NCBI GenBank assembly: GCA_964247055.1
Contig: OZ176051.1
Location: 10,850,001 to 10,914,000, forward strand
Source: Paragordius varius
Taxonomy: Eukaryota > Animalia > Nematomorpha
Direction: 5' to 3'
DNA length: 64,000 nt
Notes under the pieces: generated by a model
Seen by the model: only the letters and a program-made list of their open reading frames with translations
Told to the model about the DNA's origin: nothing
The model's database searches: none
Made by a program: the position numbers and the translations under genes
In this document: one piece after another, positions 12,026 to 26,031 of the stretch
Layout: each line of letters begins with the position of its first letter
How positions within the stretch are numbered: the first letter of the stretch is position 1

Positions 12026-14033
12026 TCAGTATTTGTATTAACTCACGCAATATTGAGGAATCAATTAATTAAAAAATATTTTTGTACAAAGCAATCGGTC
12101 GTCAGACTACTTCACATACATGCAAATATAAAATTTAGCGCTGAAAAGTTTCTTTCTATGGTATAGGCCCTAATATGTACCGCTAAACCTTACACGAGAT
12201 CAATATTTATAAATCTGTGGCCAAAAAATTTGAGGTATATAAAATCAAAAGGTATTGTGAATAAATACATTGCTTTTCTTCACATATTATTAAGCAAAAG
12301 CAAAATATATTTTTTTCAATCCTAAATTCGGATTTAAAGTTGGCAAAATTATAACCCTATTGAAAATATCAAAGATTTTTTACCATGAATGTCATAATAC
12401 CGCATATCTATATTCATATGTCCGTTTAATCAATATTTTTATAATCCTGTTAATTTGCATGTGGCGAAAAGTTTCTTAATTTTTTCTTTTATCAAAATGA
12501 AAAACGTAAGAATTTTCTGAAAACTGCATCAATCTTGTATTATTAAAAAATTAGCATTGAAACAAATGAACAATTTAGTACCGTTGCCGGCAGATGAGTA
12601 ACATTTGTAAAACTTAGTGAAACAAATATAAATATACATCCAAGTTGTGTATTTATAATTTTCTACTGTTAGGTACAAACACATGAAATTCTAACGAAAT
12701 CATTATTTATGTTATAGATATACATTCAATTAAAAAAATTTCATAACAGAAGTTATATATAAATGTTTAACAAATATATAATCTGAGTTGCCCAAATCAA
12801 TGCGGTGATTAAAAATGTGACAATTATAAAATTAAAGGGCAAGTTTTGAATGCGACACACTCTTAAATCTTTGCAGATAACTTTAAAATAAATTACCAGA
12901 AAATATTTAGAATCACATAAAACAAAATGTCCTATAACATTTAAACGGCAATAACAGCGCTTTTTAATCCCAGGGTAGAAGCTTACCTTATGTGAAATAG
13001 GGCCAGATATATACTCCAAGGCGTAAAGGTATAGTAGGTAGGTAACCTTGTGCGTGTGGCATGCCAGAATTAATCACTGTTAGTCATGGGCTGGCAATTG
13101 TTAAAGCTTTTCCTGGTTCAATTAAACCTTAAAAGCGACTATTGTATAATTTTTTATACCATTACTCGCCGATTAGAGCCGAGTTAATTTTTTTAATTAG
13201 CTCTTAAGCATAGTTCCACCTCATATTTAAAATCCCCCCAAAAGCGTGTTTAAGCAATATTTCGTAAAAATTGCAGCCCTATCCGATTCATTTCATAATT
13301 GTATCGATATGGTGGAACCACTTTAATTAATCCATTTTTTGCTCCACCCTTTATTAGTTTTCAAAATTGCAAGAATTGAGATATTGTCAGTCCTATAAAA
13401 TAAAAAGTGTTGAATTTTTGATCTAGGATGCGAATTTCAAGCAAACGCTTCCAATAAGGGTATTATCGAGGTGCGCATTACTATAAATTCTCTAATTAAT
13501 TTTAAGCTCCCGAAAAACTTATAGAATTCGGATTTAAGCCATTTACCATTTTTAAATGTTCCCCAATCATAGTCACACGATAGGCCTTTAAAAACAACCT
13601 TAAAATTGTTTTGAAACAAATTATCGGACGAGACCTAGTATAATTTAATTATAATCTTCATTTCCATAATTAATGGATCACGTTGGGGACCTTTTGACCT
13701 ATAAAAAATGATTATAACAAAATGACATTATGGCGGAAAATAATCCAAATCGTTAGGTATGAAACATAAATCCTCAACTCAAAATAAAAATATGTAAATT
13801 TAAATTGCGATGAGTATAATATAATATATGCCATATTTTGAAATAAAAATGTATAATTAAAAAAGAATCTAATCCAAATCATTAAGTATTTTACAGAATA
13901 CCGGAAAGAAACGGTACACAACGCTTTTATCACACAAAAATTGAATTAGAATATCGCCACTATTTTATAACTACACAACTAACTATTTATATATAAAATA
14001 TATTAGTAGTAATTTTTGATTTATTAGAGATAT

Positions 14034-14038
<5 letters not shown>

Positions 14039-14066
<28 letters not shown>
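14039..14066. repeat. (TA)n microsatellite
   Basis: Pure TA run. Similar tracts occur at ~27072-27093, 32711-32738, 37939-37962, 38806-38843, 45598-45617, 48774-48792, 49769-49791 and 62669-62700. Confidence 0.95.
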
Positions 14067-14070
<4 letters not shown>

Positions 14071-14080
14071 TTTGTATAAT

Positions 14081-17000
14081 TTATTTGAAGGATACATCAT
14101 TTTCATTATTTAATAAAATGTTATGAAACTTGTTTAAACTAGCAGATGTTATAACATAATTTGATAAATTATTTATCAAATAATTTTGGGCTTTTTCAAA
14201 ATTATCCTGGTAAAATTCCTTCGGTTGGTGTATTTTAAGATATTCCTCATATTTATAAGCATGAACGCATGCTACGGTATCCTATATATACATATAATTT
14301 ATATAAGATAAAAATAGGATTTATATGAAATGCCATCCATATTTTATATAAAAAGATGTGAAAAACCATGAAAAATTTGTTATCTCCAATAGTTTCAGGT
14401 TTTGGTAATGATAGCTCTTTTCCAAGCATATTGTCAATCTTTTGATAAACGGCAGCGTCTGCTAGTGTTTGAGATACACCTATTTTGGCTAAATTCTTTA
14501 ATAATATGGATGATTGATTCAAAACGTTGGCATTTGCCTTAGATTTCTCCAAGTTAGGACTTGGAGTATTTTCTTAAAATCAAAAAAGGACACAAAATTA
14601 TATTCTCTAAAGAAAATTAAAGATAAAAAAATAATATGATAAAAAAGCGTTCATACCTTTTTCATTCTTAGACGTATTGAGATTATTATCTTGATTACTC
14701 TTTGATGTATTTTGTGCATTTCCGTTTATGGTATTAGCTTTAGCCAATATTTGGATAAACACTTTAGATGCTTGATAAAAGAAAACACATAAAATTCACA
14801 TTAATATTTATATGATTATACTAATATTTAACAATTTACAGTCAAATTTTACAACAATTTTAAAATAAACCATCGTTAGAAACGGTTGGTCCGCATGTGA
14901 CATATTCGTTATTGTCCTTGGAAGTTTTCAAAGCTATTAGATTAATGATATTTAACAATTAAATAATTTAAATATATGTTAAAATAGTTAGGCAATATCG
15001 CATCTGCCAAAATATAATTTATTCTTAAAATTCTGTCACCTCCTTTTAAATATATATAAAAAGGCGTTTTACATTAATATATTTCAATAATTTAATATTT
15101 AATCCTAAACTTTTGCCTGAACAAACATAATACTTTATCTAGATAATATTACCCGTGTCTGTGTTTACATTCGATTTGTGGTTATTCATATGGTCAGGTC
15201 TATTTGCCATTTTTAATTTCTTATAATTTTTATTAGTATTATTTCGTTTAGGGGGAGGGGAACTTGTGTTTAAGAACGTATCATTTGGAGATGATGAAGT
15301 AGAACTGTGTAATTGTGGACACACTTTTTCACGTTCAAAAAGTATTTGTGTATTAGTAGCATCCAAAATTTCTAAAGAATCCAAAACATGATGAGGAGAG
15401 GAGCGCTGTGAACCGCAATCATCCAAAGAATTAGGTCTTTTAAGATTCCGCCCGCTTTTCTGTATATAAATTTTACATTAAAAGGCATTTTTTTTAAATT
15501 TTTTTTATCAAATACAGCGTTAACTGATTTAATTATTATCTTCTTATCAAAGTTGATAGTTGGAATTAAAATAATTCATTATCTTGGGATTTCTGCCCAT
15601 TTTTAATTTTTTCGCATAAATAATTAATTAATTTTAAGCAAACTGATATATTAAAAATGGCATTGTAACAAGCTTCCCTACAACCATAAAATATTTCAGA
15701 TAGTCATTTTAAGTATTGAAATAAGCTAAAATATCAAAATACCACCGATTTGATTTACTAAGAAATAAATGCATCATTCAAATTTAAATATATCGTTTAA
15801 ACCATCAAACAACATTAATAACCCTTTAAATATACCACAATCTAAAATGAAAGTTTATGAGAAGAATAGTCTTTGCAATAATAAGTCTCAACATCGTCAA
15901 TCGCAAATGCTTTCCTAATGCAATAATGAACATAACTGACTGTTCAAACTTTTTTAACATACGTTTATTTTATTTCATAATAAAAAAATTAAAATTTTCA
16001 ATTTGTACCATTTAATTAATTATATTTTGTAAACTCTTTCTATTTAAATAAAAACAATTTAAACCATTAATGTTTAATTAAGTAACAAAAGTTTTATACA
16101 GTTGTAGTAAAATTACATTTTTTTCCATTTGATCCTTTTTAAGTGAGTTTGGCGTTGTATTACACGCATCATTATCGCTTTCGTTATCAGTTTTATCGCT
16201 CAAATATTCGCCCTCTTCGATATCTATAAAACATAAATTTTATATTTATGTTGCAATTATCTCAATTTAGGAGTAAGGATATTATCTTTTCAAGACTTAT
16301 CTGATAATAAATTATCTTTTTAAAACTTATCTCATAATAATGGGTAATATTTAAAATACAAAACAAAAAGTTATCGGATTGCGTTTATATTGTTTGACAT
16401 TTATCAATAATTAATTTAAAAAGGTCTTATACAAAACAATCAGTAAAAAAGCATGTTAATTTTGACTATCATACCGGATTCCGAACCTTGCTTTCTGGAA
16501 ATTTTGTTTGAGTCAGTGTTGCCACATAGTTTTGATTTTTTACATTTTCTTCTAATATAACTGGTGAGATAAGTTGATGATTTGTTATTTTTCATTTGCT
16601 TATCCTAGGTATAAAATGGTAATAAAACATATTTTTTTGCAACAAAAAATATTCATTAAATAAATTTATATGATAAACAATTATTGAATTCTCTAAAATA
16701 AACTTTGATGTAAGATATTTGAATGTCGGAAACATTTTCTCCGGAAAAGTCATCCATTTCGATTCTAGGTCTTTTGCGCAAATTTTTGATAGGCTTAGGC
16801 CCGTCAAATACTATATCTGATGATCCCTCATTCTTTATTATTTTCTTTTGTGGACTTATGCCTATTTATTATATAATATATGCTTTAGAATTATAAGTAA
16901 AAAGCTTTTAAACAAGAACATTCGTTTTTTTCAAGGAACATTTAAAAAAATTTAATTATAGTAAAACATGATATAGATTTTTTAAAGAGATCCTAATGAA

Positions 17001-20000
17001 ATTTAATATAAATATTAAAATAGGGCTCTTGATGGTGTTTTTGGTTTTGAGCGTTAAAAGAGGTAATTAAGAAAGTTATTTTCATTTTATAGGGAATCGT
17101 TACATATCAAAAAAACGCAAAAATATCACACATTATATCAAAAAATCTTGGGTAAAACCAAAATGCCAAAAATTATTAACAATACATACCATAAAAGTAT
17201 ATTTAAAAAAAAATATTATAAAATTGAAAATATTTAACATGGTTTCGAAAACTCTCGAATTTTTGAACCCGGCTAAAATGAGCTACTTTTCCACAATAAA
17301 ATACAATAAGTTAATGATAACAACATTAAAAATAGGTTATAGAAGACAAAAAAAATATTGAATAAATTGATATTTTGATCATTTAATTTTTAGCAAAATT
17401 TTATTTCACCGTATACGATGGCCTGGCATAAATGGGTATTAAAACGCTTTATTGATGCTGACAACATTTATATGTATTCATATTTCGAATATATACATAC
17501 CTCTTTTGTTCAAATTATTTAAGTTAATTTTTTTCATAAATTGCGTAAATATGAAAAAGCAAAATTCAATTAAATTAAATTATATTAAAAAAATATTTTT
17601 ATAAGCCACCATCACCTCAAATTCACCCTTGAAAAGAATTCAAATTTACCCTAAAAGAAATTATGTGTCAAATTAAAATAATTGTGAAAAAATAAATAAC
17701 TATGCCATAATATATTTCATATTAATAATAAATTATATTAATTTGAAAGCACATAATTTATAATTTATTTTTAGGGTGAAATTAAATTATTTAAGGGTGT
17801 ATTTGAGTTGTAAATGGTATATTTAAGGCGCTTTATACGCTTCCACCATGCAAATCTCATAAAACCCGAAAAAACTTTGTTTAGAAACAAATTTATAAAA
17901 AAGTATACATTAAATTAACTTTCAACGTCATAATCTCGTATAAAAATTGTAAATCGCGCGATTCGAGTCCTTTACTACGATACTCTCTTTTGGGGCGTTT
18001 TAATTTTTTAAACTTTCGGAATTAACTTTATATAAATAATTGGAATTATTTAAATTCAGCAATAATTGCACTTACTTAAAACATAAACTAAAGTAATCTT
18101 TGTCGATTATTAAAAAAATATATTTGCTTTTTATATGTCATTATTATATATTTGAAATATTACATTTAGTTTTTACCAAAAAAATTTAAACTAACGTGCG
18201 ATAATTTTGCTGATTTTTGCTATAAAGCAATCCCAAAAGTTGAATAACTTTCTCATACAGAACCAAAAACATAATTTTGATATATTTATCTATCCGATTA
18301 TAATTGAGAATTTTTTGGTAGCCCCAATTTTGTACATTAGGTATATAAATATATAAATGGTAAAACTAACGTGAAACTTGGTTGGAAAAGGTGGAACTAT
18401 CATCAGAACTGATGGATCTATGGGATTGTAGGCGCTAGATTATTAATAGGTACGCTTAAAAACTGGGTAAATTAACAACACATCATTAATTATTTTGAGA
18501 AATTAATGATAGGGAGAAATAAAAAAATCATTATAAAACTATTAAACTACCATATTTAATTACCTATTTAAATTTAAAATATAGTTTATTCAAAGTAAAA
18601 TTTGCAATTAAATATATGTATTTTATTTAATCAAAAATAACTACCGTTTTAATAACCTTGCAATTTTTATCATTATTAGTCATTTTATCATATTTATTTT
18701 TATCAATAGCAATTTTCATATCAAGTTCGGATGCTTCTGACAGAGATGAAAATTCATCAATAAAATTCATTTCGGGCATCATTTGAGGTTTTTGTTTGCA
18801 TTCTTTTTTAAGGGATGAATCTTGGCGTTTATTATTGATTGAATTGTCATGTTTAGGTTTGTCGAGATCCACACATTTAAAAGATGATATAAAATTGGGT
18901 TTTCTACATGTAGAATATTTATTTATATAAAATTATCATTTAAGTTTACGCATATTTTATGTATATTCAAAACTTACTGTGCCCTGACTTAAATACTCGA
19001 TTATTAGTAAATCGGTTTAATAAATTTCTTTTTTAATTATTATAGAAATGTACATAAAAAAATCCTCTAACATCGCTCCATATAATTTTATCGTCATTAT
19101 TTTCTATGCTTGTAATAAAATCGCCAATTTTAAACACTATGTTAAATTCATTTTATTTTATCAACATTCTCTAATGCTGATTTTTAGGTAATTTCGCACT
19201 GATTGGCACTGAGTGAAGAGCTAAAATAAATGAAAGGAAAAGAATTTGCGCAAAAAATGCAAATGGTGATAAATTAACTCAAATAATATAGATCCGTAAC
19301 AATGCTTCAAATAAATATTTGTGGGAATATAGGAAAAGCTATTTTTACAGCAAGTGGAGGTACCTAGCTCTATACTAATGCAAAAAGTAATATTTTGGAT
19401 TCATCTATGATGCCAATTGTAAACTATTTTTCTACTTCAAAAAACAAGTGGTGGTTCTTTTAAACCCATTTTTCGAACGTGTAAATAGAAAAAAGGATCC
19501 TTTATTATTAGTGCATTTAAAGATAAATAATAAATTGAGCGAGCCTACATGTGAACTTAAAATTGATTTTATTGGGTATAGCTATTTTACTTGTCATCAC
19601 AAACTTTGTATTTTTTAAACGCAGATGACCGATAAAAAATACTTTTATTGCGAAAGATGAAACTAATTAAATCATCTTTGATCAGAGTTTGTACAAAAGT
19701 GTGCAGATGGCCATACAGGTTTTCAAAAATATTGCTACTAGGTGACTTTAGGGAAATGCGGATTTTACACAAAGTAATAACGACTATAATTTTTTTTATA
19801 TGCTATATGCCTAGGACTTTATTACCATTTATCCTTAAAGGTCTTTTAAAAAATCGTTTTACTATTATTTTAATAATAAAAACATTAATTTTACAGGATG
19901 TGAGGCAGAAAATTGGAGAAAACTTATGTAAATGACATGGCTCGCATATGTTTGGCGCATTCCCAGATGTATACTATTTATAACTTAAACTACTAGTTTG

Positions 20001-22384
20001 ATGTAACGCTTTAAAAACAATTTATATAATGAGAAATATCTAATAGTTAAATACGAAACGCCTTTTGAATACTAGCTAACACCCTAGGTTGTGGAAAATT
20101 TAAAAAATTTCAAATTTATAAGATCGATATGATGTTTTTCCAGTAATAGGAATAAAACAAAACCGATTTTGCAATTAAAATCATTCCACGATAACACGAA
20201 TCGAAAAACGTTTTACTCATTAAAAAACCGCAAATTCCAATTTTCAACACGAAAATATCTATCATAGATTAATCGTTAAACGATCAGATCATATCTAAGC
20301 CCAAACAATTGGATAAAGCAACATAATTTTATTTAAAAAAACGTTTAAAGCACAAAATAATAATAAATATAATAACCTTGGTTCAGCGTTGTCTAATGCA
20401 TGAGTAGGTGATTTGCTCTGCAAATAAAAAATATATACAACCGTAAATATATAGTTAAAAATTATATAATGGATGAAAATGTATACTTCTTCATCTTTGG
20501 TCAATTCTTCAAGCAAATGTTTTCTCTGCTTTTTCAAATCCTCTAACGTTATAGTAGTTGTATGCGGCTCAACTATAATTATGTGAAACTCATAAATAAA
20601 AATCAATCATTTTATAATATCAATGTATCACTAGTTTGCTTACACCCGACATTGATGATGTAAAATATGCAGTTCTCTGGGAGTCATAACAAACCTTACA
20701 TATATGTTTAACCGCAAAAAAATCGTATAATATTATAATCAATTACCTTCAGAATTCCCTAAAGCGTCGACATTATTAACCATAGCTTCGCTTCTGTGAT
20801 TTTGTTGTTGTTTATGTTCCAACAGTTGACGTTTAAGGGCTTCCGTTAGATCCGCCCTTTTTTTCATGGCCTCTTTTATGGAATCGAGGTTTGGTGTTTT
20901 ACTCACTTTACCCGTTTTCGCTTTGGGAGGTATTTGGCATGTTAGCCCAGCAACTGATTTTGAAGGTAGAGGTTCACTAAAACACATATATAAGATTATG
21001 ATGGTTTTATACAAAAAATTCTTTAAGTATAAAAAATGTTGTTGAGATTGGAGTTTTTGGATACGATTATACAATAGGTCACAAACTTAAATAATAATTA
21101 AATTAAGAATATATAATGGGAATGATACAGGAACCGTTTTTATCGATCCTCATTCATTAGCCTTTAAAAGCGTTTTGAATAGAAAACTCGGTTTAATTGT
21201 TTTTATAATTTCAACCGGATGAAATATGTGAAAAGTAAATTTTTCCCAATTTTAAAGATCGTATATGTATTATTATTTTCTATTTAATTCAAATCACTCA
21301 AGTAACATATAAATTTTTGTCTGATGTCGTAAAAATTACAGTTTTATGCTAATCGTATCTCAAAAATTCGAGTATCAGATATTTTAGAAAATAAAACCAA
21401 TGATAACCAATAATAATGGGATTTTAACATTTTTTGTAAAAAAACAATAAAACCAGAACTGCGATCAGTTTTTTACAAATATTTTGACAACTAAACCCAA
21501 CATAAATACATCAATTTAAGTATAATCTAAATATTGCTAACTTAATCATAGAAAATTTATTACTTAAGTGTGTCAAGCATAGAATCCAACGATGGTATAA
21601 GGCACGAAACATTGGCTAATGACGGCGAATTTATTTTCGCCAATTTGGATATCATTTTATTTGGCCCATTTATGGTAACATTACGCTCAGTATTTAAAAT
21701 TTTATTTTGCAACAAAGTTTTTTTACCAGAAGGTAACACAGAACGCGAAATCAAGGATTGTTTTGCATGTGTTGTGTCATTTTTTATTTTCCTGTCTTTA
21801 ACATCAATTTCGGTATTGCATTCAATTAATGCGTTACGTTTTAAGATATTACTATTTATTGGAAGCTTAGGAAACTTACGAATATTCTTACGCAAAGATT
21901 TTTCTCTTGTGTGCGAATCAGATAAAATATAATTATTATAATTTAGGTTAGTTTCAACTTTGTTACTTCGGGATATGTTTGGGAAACTACGGATATTTTT
22001 ATATTTATTTAAATAATAATGAGCGAAACGAGTTGGCTTTAAAGATTGATCGGAATGAAATATAAATGACTTTGTATTGTAATGTGAAGATCTAAATCAA
22101 CAATTATATATATACTTTATAGGATCCTTTTGAACCTGATTATTAGAAGCTTTTTTGGTCAAATTATATTTTATATTATTATTAAAACGTCTTTATACAA
22201 TGGCAGAAAGAGATATATTTTTAACATTATCAAGCTAAGGTAAAAACGAATATACCTTCCTATCAGATAAATTAATTTTTTTGTTTCTGATGTGTTTTAA
22301 TGGTTTACAGTGCATAAAAGTGCAATCATCACCATACATGCATTCTCCAAATTTTGCATATTTGACACATACCTCCCGATTCAT
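14081..22384 (-). CDS. Multi-exon (~15 exons) CCCH zinc-finger protein with a long N/K/S-rich low-complexity body
   Basis: MNREV-C-x8-C-x5-C-x3-H from the ATG at 22384 (exon ends 22256). A phase-consistent GT-AG chain follows: ~22090-21564, 20976-20747, ~20570-20487, ~20420-20380, ~18900-18650, ~18435-18372, ~16860-16705, ~16607-16467, ~16225-16115, ~15460-15153, ~14935-14875, ~14770-14657, ~14570-14365, ~14290-14081 (stop TAA). The first junction and the true start are unresolved. Confidence 0.72.
17607..17818. mobile_element. Small palindromic MITE
   Basis: CCATCACCTCAAATTCACCCTT..TTTACCCTAAAAGAAATTATGTG is inverted against CACATAATTT..TTAGGGTGAAA..AAGGGTGTATTTGAG..ATGG. Related copy at 31953-32279. 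Confidence 0.55.
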
Positions 22385-22569
22385 ATCACATGTAAAAAGG
22401 GTTGCGTGAAAGTACAAATGATATACAACACTTTTTTTACTTTATATATTCTTAATAAAATAATGCATATTAGTATATGTGCAAGCATACCTTAAAGTTT
22501 GGATTCATTGATATTATCATAATAAATCCATTAATTTTAATGCATTTATATTCTGATAGAAAATGTATC

Positions 22570-23120
22570 ACAATTATCATAATGCTTTTGGTTGGCCCTT
22601 TTAATTTAAGAAAGGTGTTTAAACTAATTATGGTAAGTGTTCTATAAAAAATAATCGTTGTCTTTAAATTTATTTAAATATGTATTGCTTTTTTACAAAA
22701 TTATCAAAATTCATAAGCTAGCAAACTTCTAAATCGAAATTCTGAAGTGAAAATGTTCAGCATTATATATAAAAAAAGTGTTATAATGCAAGCGTTTCTA
22801 AACCGTTCTATTATAAATTAAAATATTATGAAGTACGGTTCAGCAAAATTTTGTAAAAAAATAATTTTTGAATAAAGTATGCATTTTTAAAAATTATTTT
22901 TAGTTGATACCAATTAGCATATATTTTACTTTTTATCCCGCAATAAAAAATTTTGCGTTCATTTTAAGAAAACTAGCCCATTTTAGAAGAGCAAAAAAAT
23001 TTGGGACTTTCAAAGCCCACATCTAAAAATTTAATATTTTGGAAAATTTTGTTTTGCTTTTAATTGGTAGTTTATAATATATTTTAAAGTTTTTTGGAAT
23101 AAAGTCTAGCTTTCACCAAA
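22570..23120. repeat. Copy of an abundant degenerate dispersed repeat family, probably DNA-transposon derived
   Basis: Shared motifs TTTTGGTT..CCCTT..AGAAAG.T and GGGCT.CGAAAGTCCC / GGGACTTTC.AAGCCC. Other copies at ~17030-17290, 38865-39390, 43740-44300, 44820-45020, 51826-52140, 53944-54600, 55580-55930, 59930-60400 and 62050-62500. Two begin TA-CACAGTGTCCA. Confidence 0.55.
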
Positions 23121-23459
23121 AATTTTTATTTAATAAATGTGCCCAAATTTTTCCATTTGATATGGATCAGTTACCGCAAAAGTTTACAACTTTCCTCAAT
23201 CACTCGAAACAAAACCAATTCAGTAGACATTAAACGACTAACACACTTAAGAATATGCCACAAACTGGTATCTTCTTATACCATTATTAATGATGTCGAA
23301 GTGACAGAATGCACACGCTTCATCATAGAGCTGTTTCATCGTTTGCTAGTAAATGTAGGCTGAACATCATTTATAAAAAACATTTATAGCATGGTTTGTT
23401 CAAAGTTTGTTATTATATGTGGAAAAAAGTGGGCGTTCTGGTATGCCACACAACTTATA

Positions 23460-24092
23460 GAAAATCAGTTGGTCTCCCACACAACTTAATGGAACGTCAA
23501 ATATAATATCATAAAGGATTTCTGATTCCTATTTCAACGTCAAGCAAAGAAATCATTTTTGCATCAAAGGACGAATGATGATAAATTTACTTTACATCCT
23601 AAATGGTAAAACGTGGCTTTCACCTTGCCAGGCCCCTTTATTCCCATCAACGCCGCATTGCTTCGGCAAGAAGACCATGTTCTATGTCTAATGGGATAGA
23701 GCATTGTTCATCAATTAAGATCACGAAATTGTTAATACACACCGCTATCGCTAACAAATACATGGACTTGTATTTGAAAAACGGAATGAGCCAGAAAAAA
23801 TGGCAAAGTGATATTGGACAATAATCCGTCTCATCAGAAAAACCAGTGTATGACACTTTCGCTTCGATGGAAAATATTATCCGCTGAACTCTCCTGATCT
23901 GGCGTCGTATGACCAATACAACTTCAAATCAATGTGAACACTCTTGCAAAGCAGCATGCAATAATTCGAAAGGCGTTGGCAGGCACGACGAATGGTTTGC
24001 TTCAAAGCAAACATATTAGTGTTTCTTAGATGGAAATAATTAACTGTAAAATGGGCGAAATGTGTAGAAGCTGATGGACAATATAAAATAAA
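23460..24092 (+). pseudogene. Decayed mariner (Mos1-like) transposase, central and C-terminal part
   Basis: Fragments across stops and frameshifts: W.P..LN.ERQ, KKSFLHQRTNDDK, FGKKTMFYV*WD, KVILDNNPSH, YPLNSPDLASYD, DEWFASK, KWAKCVEADGQY. They match Mos1 WVPHEL, KSFLHRIVTGDEKW, FGKKTMLCVWWD, HDNAPSH, YSPDLAPSD, DEWFAAK and WEKCVASDGKY. Confidence 0.85.
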
Positions 24093-24696
24093 TATTGCTT
24101 TTATTACGTATTTTTTTACAAAATACCAATAAAGTCCCTAAGTTTTATTTTCTTATATAATTAAAATTTCCTACAAGTTCATTTTATAAATATATTGTAA
24201 CTTCGCTCCAGTATATCTAAGATTATTGGGGGGATCAAACTTATCAAATATTATAAAATATTTACTTTAATTTAATTATAATTCCAAAAGTGGTAAATAA
24301 AAATATCACCGATTGCGCCTTAAAAACTAACTTTACAGTATAAAATTCTAAATTTTTGAGAAATGGTGTAGTTATTTACGAGAAAAAAACGATCTCACCA
24401 ATTAGAGAAAACATATTACATAATGATGAGGTTAAGAGGGGATTTTAGTGAATTTTATGTTGCTTGTTAATTATGCGCTATTGGTTAAAAATTATTTTTT
24501 GTATTGACGTTAAATTTTTAAATATTAAGGTTTTTTAGATTTTTGACGATAAAATTCTAACTTCCTTTATAAAAATATTATTGATATGATTGTCAACAGG
24601 TTATATTATGAAAAGTATACTTATAACAATGTAAAAGGGCAAATTAAATTGATGGTTATATTTATATAATATCATTTGCACTTCAAGATATCCTTA

Positions 24697-25208
24697 AACA
24701 CTTCAAATTAGTCCTTGAACACATCAAGTTGGTCCTTGAACATTTAAAGTTGGTCTTTAAACACTTCAAGTTGATCATCTAACTTTTTTGTTTTGTTTTT
24801 AACCAAATCGTATATCATTCATTAATTTCATTTTTAACCTATTTTCTATATTTAACACAAACTTTAAATATTATCTCTTAATCATTCAAAACTGTATATA
24901 AATTAAAAATCATTTTATATATTTATAAGTTTTAACACCTAATTAAAAATATATTAGTCTTCGAGTTATTATTTACATTTTATTATAAAGATTTATATAT
25001 TAATAATTTGGTTAAATTGGAAAAATTAGGTTGAAACAAAAAAGTGATTTATTAATAAAAAAAATTTATTTGAGAATGAAAGAATAAATATATTATAAAT
25101 AAAAAATTAGGTTAAAAAATAATATAATAAAAGCAAATATTATGTTAAAATTTTTAGAATCAACTTGAATTACGGACCAACTTGAAATGTTCAGGACACT
25201 CTTGAAGT
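24697..25208. mobile_element. Foldback-like element with 21-bp tandem-repeat arms
   Basis: The left arm has ~4 copies of CACTTCAAGTTGGTCCTTGAA (24697-24780). Inverted copies GGACCAACTTGAA sit at 25158-25208. A related inverted array is at ~41890-41995. Confidence 0.5.
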
Positions 25209-26031
25209 ACAAATAGTATATCAACAAAATTTACAATATATTTATAATGTTTCTAAATTAAAAATTAATGAAGCGAAACAGCGAAATATGTCAACTATTA
25301 AAACATACATGGTTGTTAAATCATGATTCCCTTATCACTATCTGCTCTGTATAAATAAGTGGATAAGCCCCATAAAATAGACATTTTCGACATTTATTAA
25401 AATATGGTGACTTTAAACTGTTTAAATTTCATTTATTGCGTACGCATTTACTTATCTTACATTTAAAATGACTATTCAAATTTTTTAAGTCAAAACTTTG
25501 GTTCGCTAAGCCATTTTGTTGTAAAACTTCTTTGATATTGTATAGTAATAAATATCCAGGCATTTTCACTCGTCATTTATTTCGATAAAAGAATGCGATG
25601 GCTAAATGCAAAACTGTCCTTTCTTAGTAAACGACCATTGATATTATTCTTTAGACCAAGGTTACCGATCTATTATATCGCATAGTGTTATAGTAAAAAT
25701 TATTTTATAAGTCTTAAAAGTGTTAACTTTCCCTTTTTGTTGTACGTCACTTGGTCTTCACCTGTAGATATCTATTATTTCTCAACTATGGGATAAAGAT
25801 TATTAAAAAATCAATAATAAATTGTTATGCACCTTGTTTACCACTAATATAGAAAAAATAATTTATCCTTTACTTTTGCTTTATATTTTTATTTCAATAT
25901 CAAAATCATGAGAGTTAACGAGTGCGAAAACGGGATCACAGCATAAAATATTTTAGGAATATGTAATTTGATTAAAGTGAATGTCAAATTTATAGTGTGT
26001 GAATGTTTATAAATATCAATAATTATCACCA

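Noticed and set aside
13111-13128. Similarity to the nematode SL1 leader (GGTTTAATTGAACCAGG, - strand)
   Set aside because: Only the first 9 nt match, and there is no following GT donor or Sm site as an SL RNA gene would need.
14088-14095. U12-type 5' splice site GTATCCTT (- strand) in the last CCCH exon
   Set aside because: The frame ends naturally at a TAA 12 nt later, and I found no downstream CCTTAAC branch site with a usable exon. Probably chance.
21570-21932. 120-aa + strand ORF, and similarly 6399-6716, 26272-26457, 33373-33576 and 33667-34059
   Set aside because: Each lies antisense to well-supported exons and has no independent motif.
22116-22135. 20-nt microexon to bridge the first junction of the CCCH gene
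   Set aside because: It would require a 24-nt intron, far below the other introns here (shortest 46 nt), so the junction is left unresolved.
23139-23400. N-terminal part of the 23.5-kb mariner transposase
   Set aside because: The position is plausible, but motif spacing did not fit Mos1 convincingly, so it is excluded from the feature.
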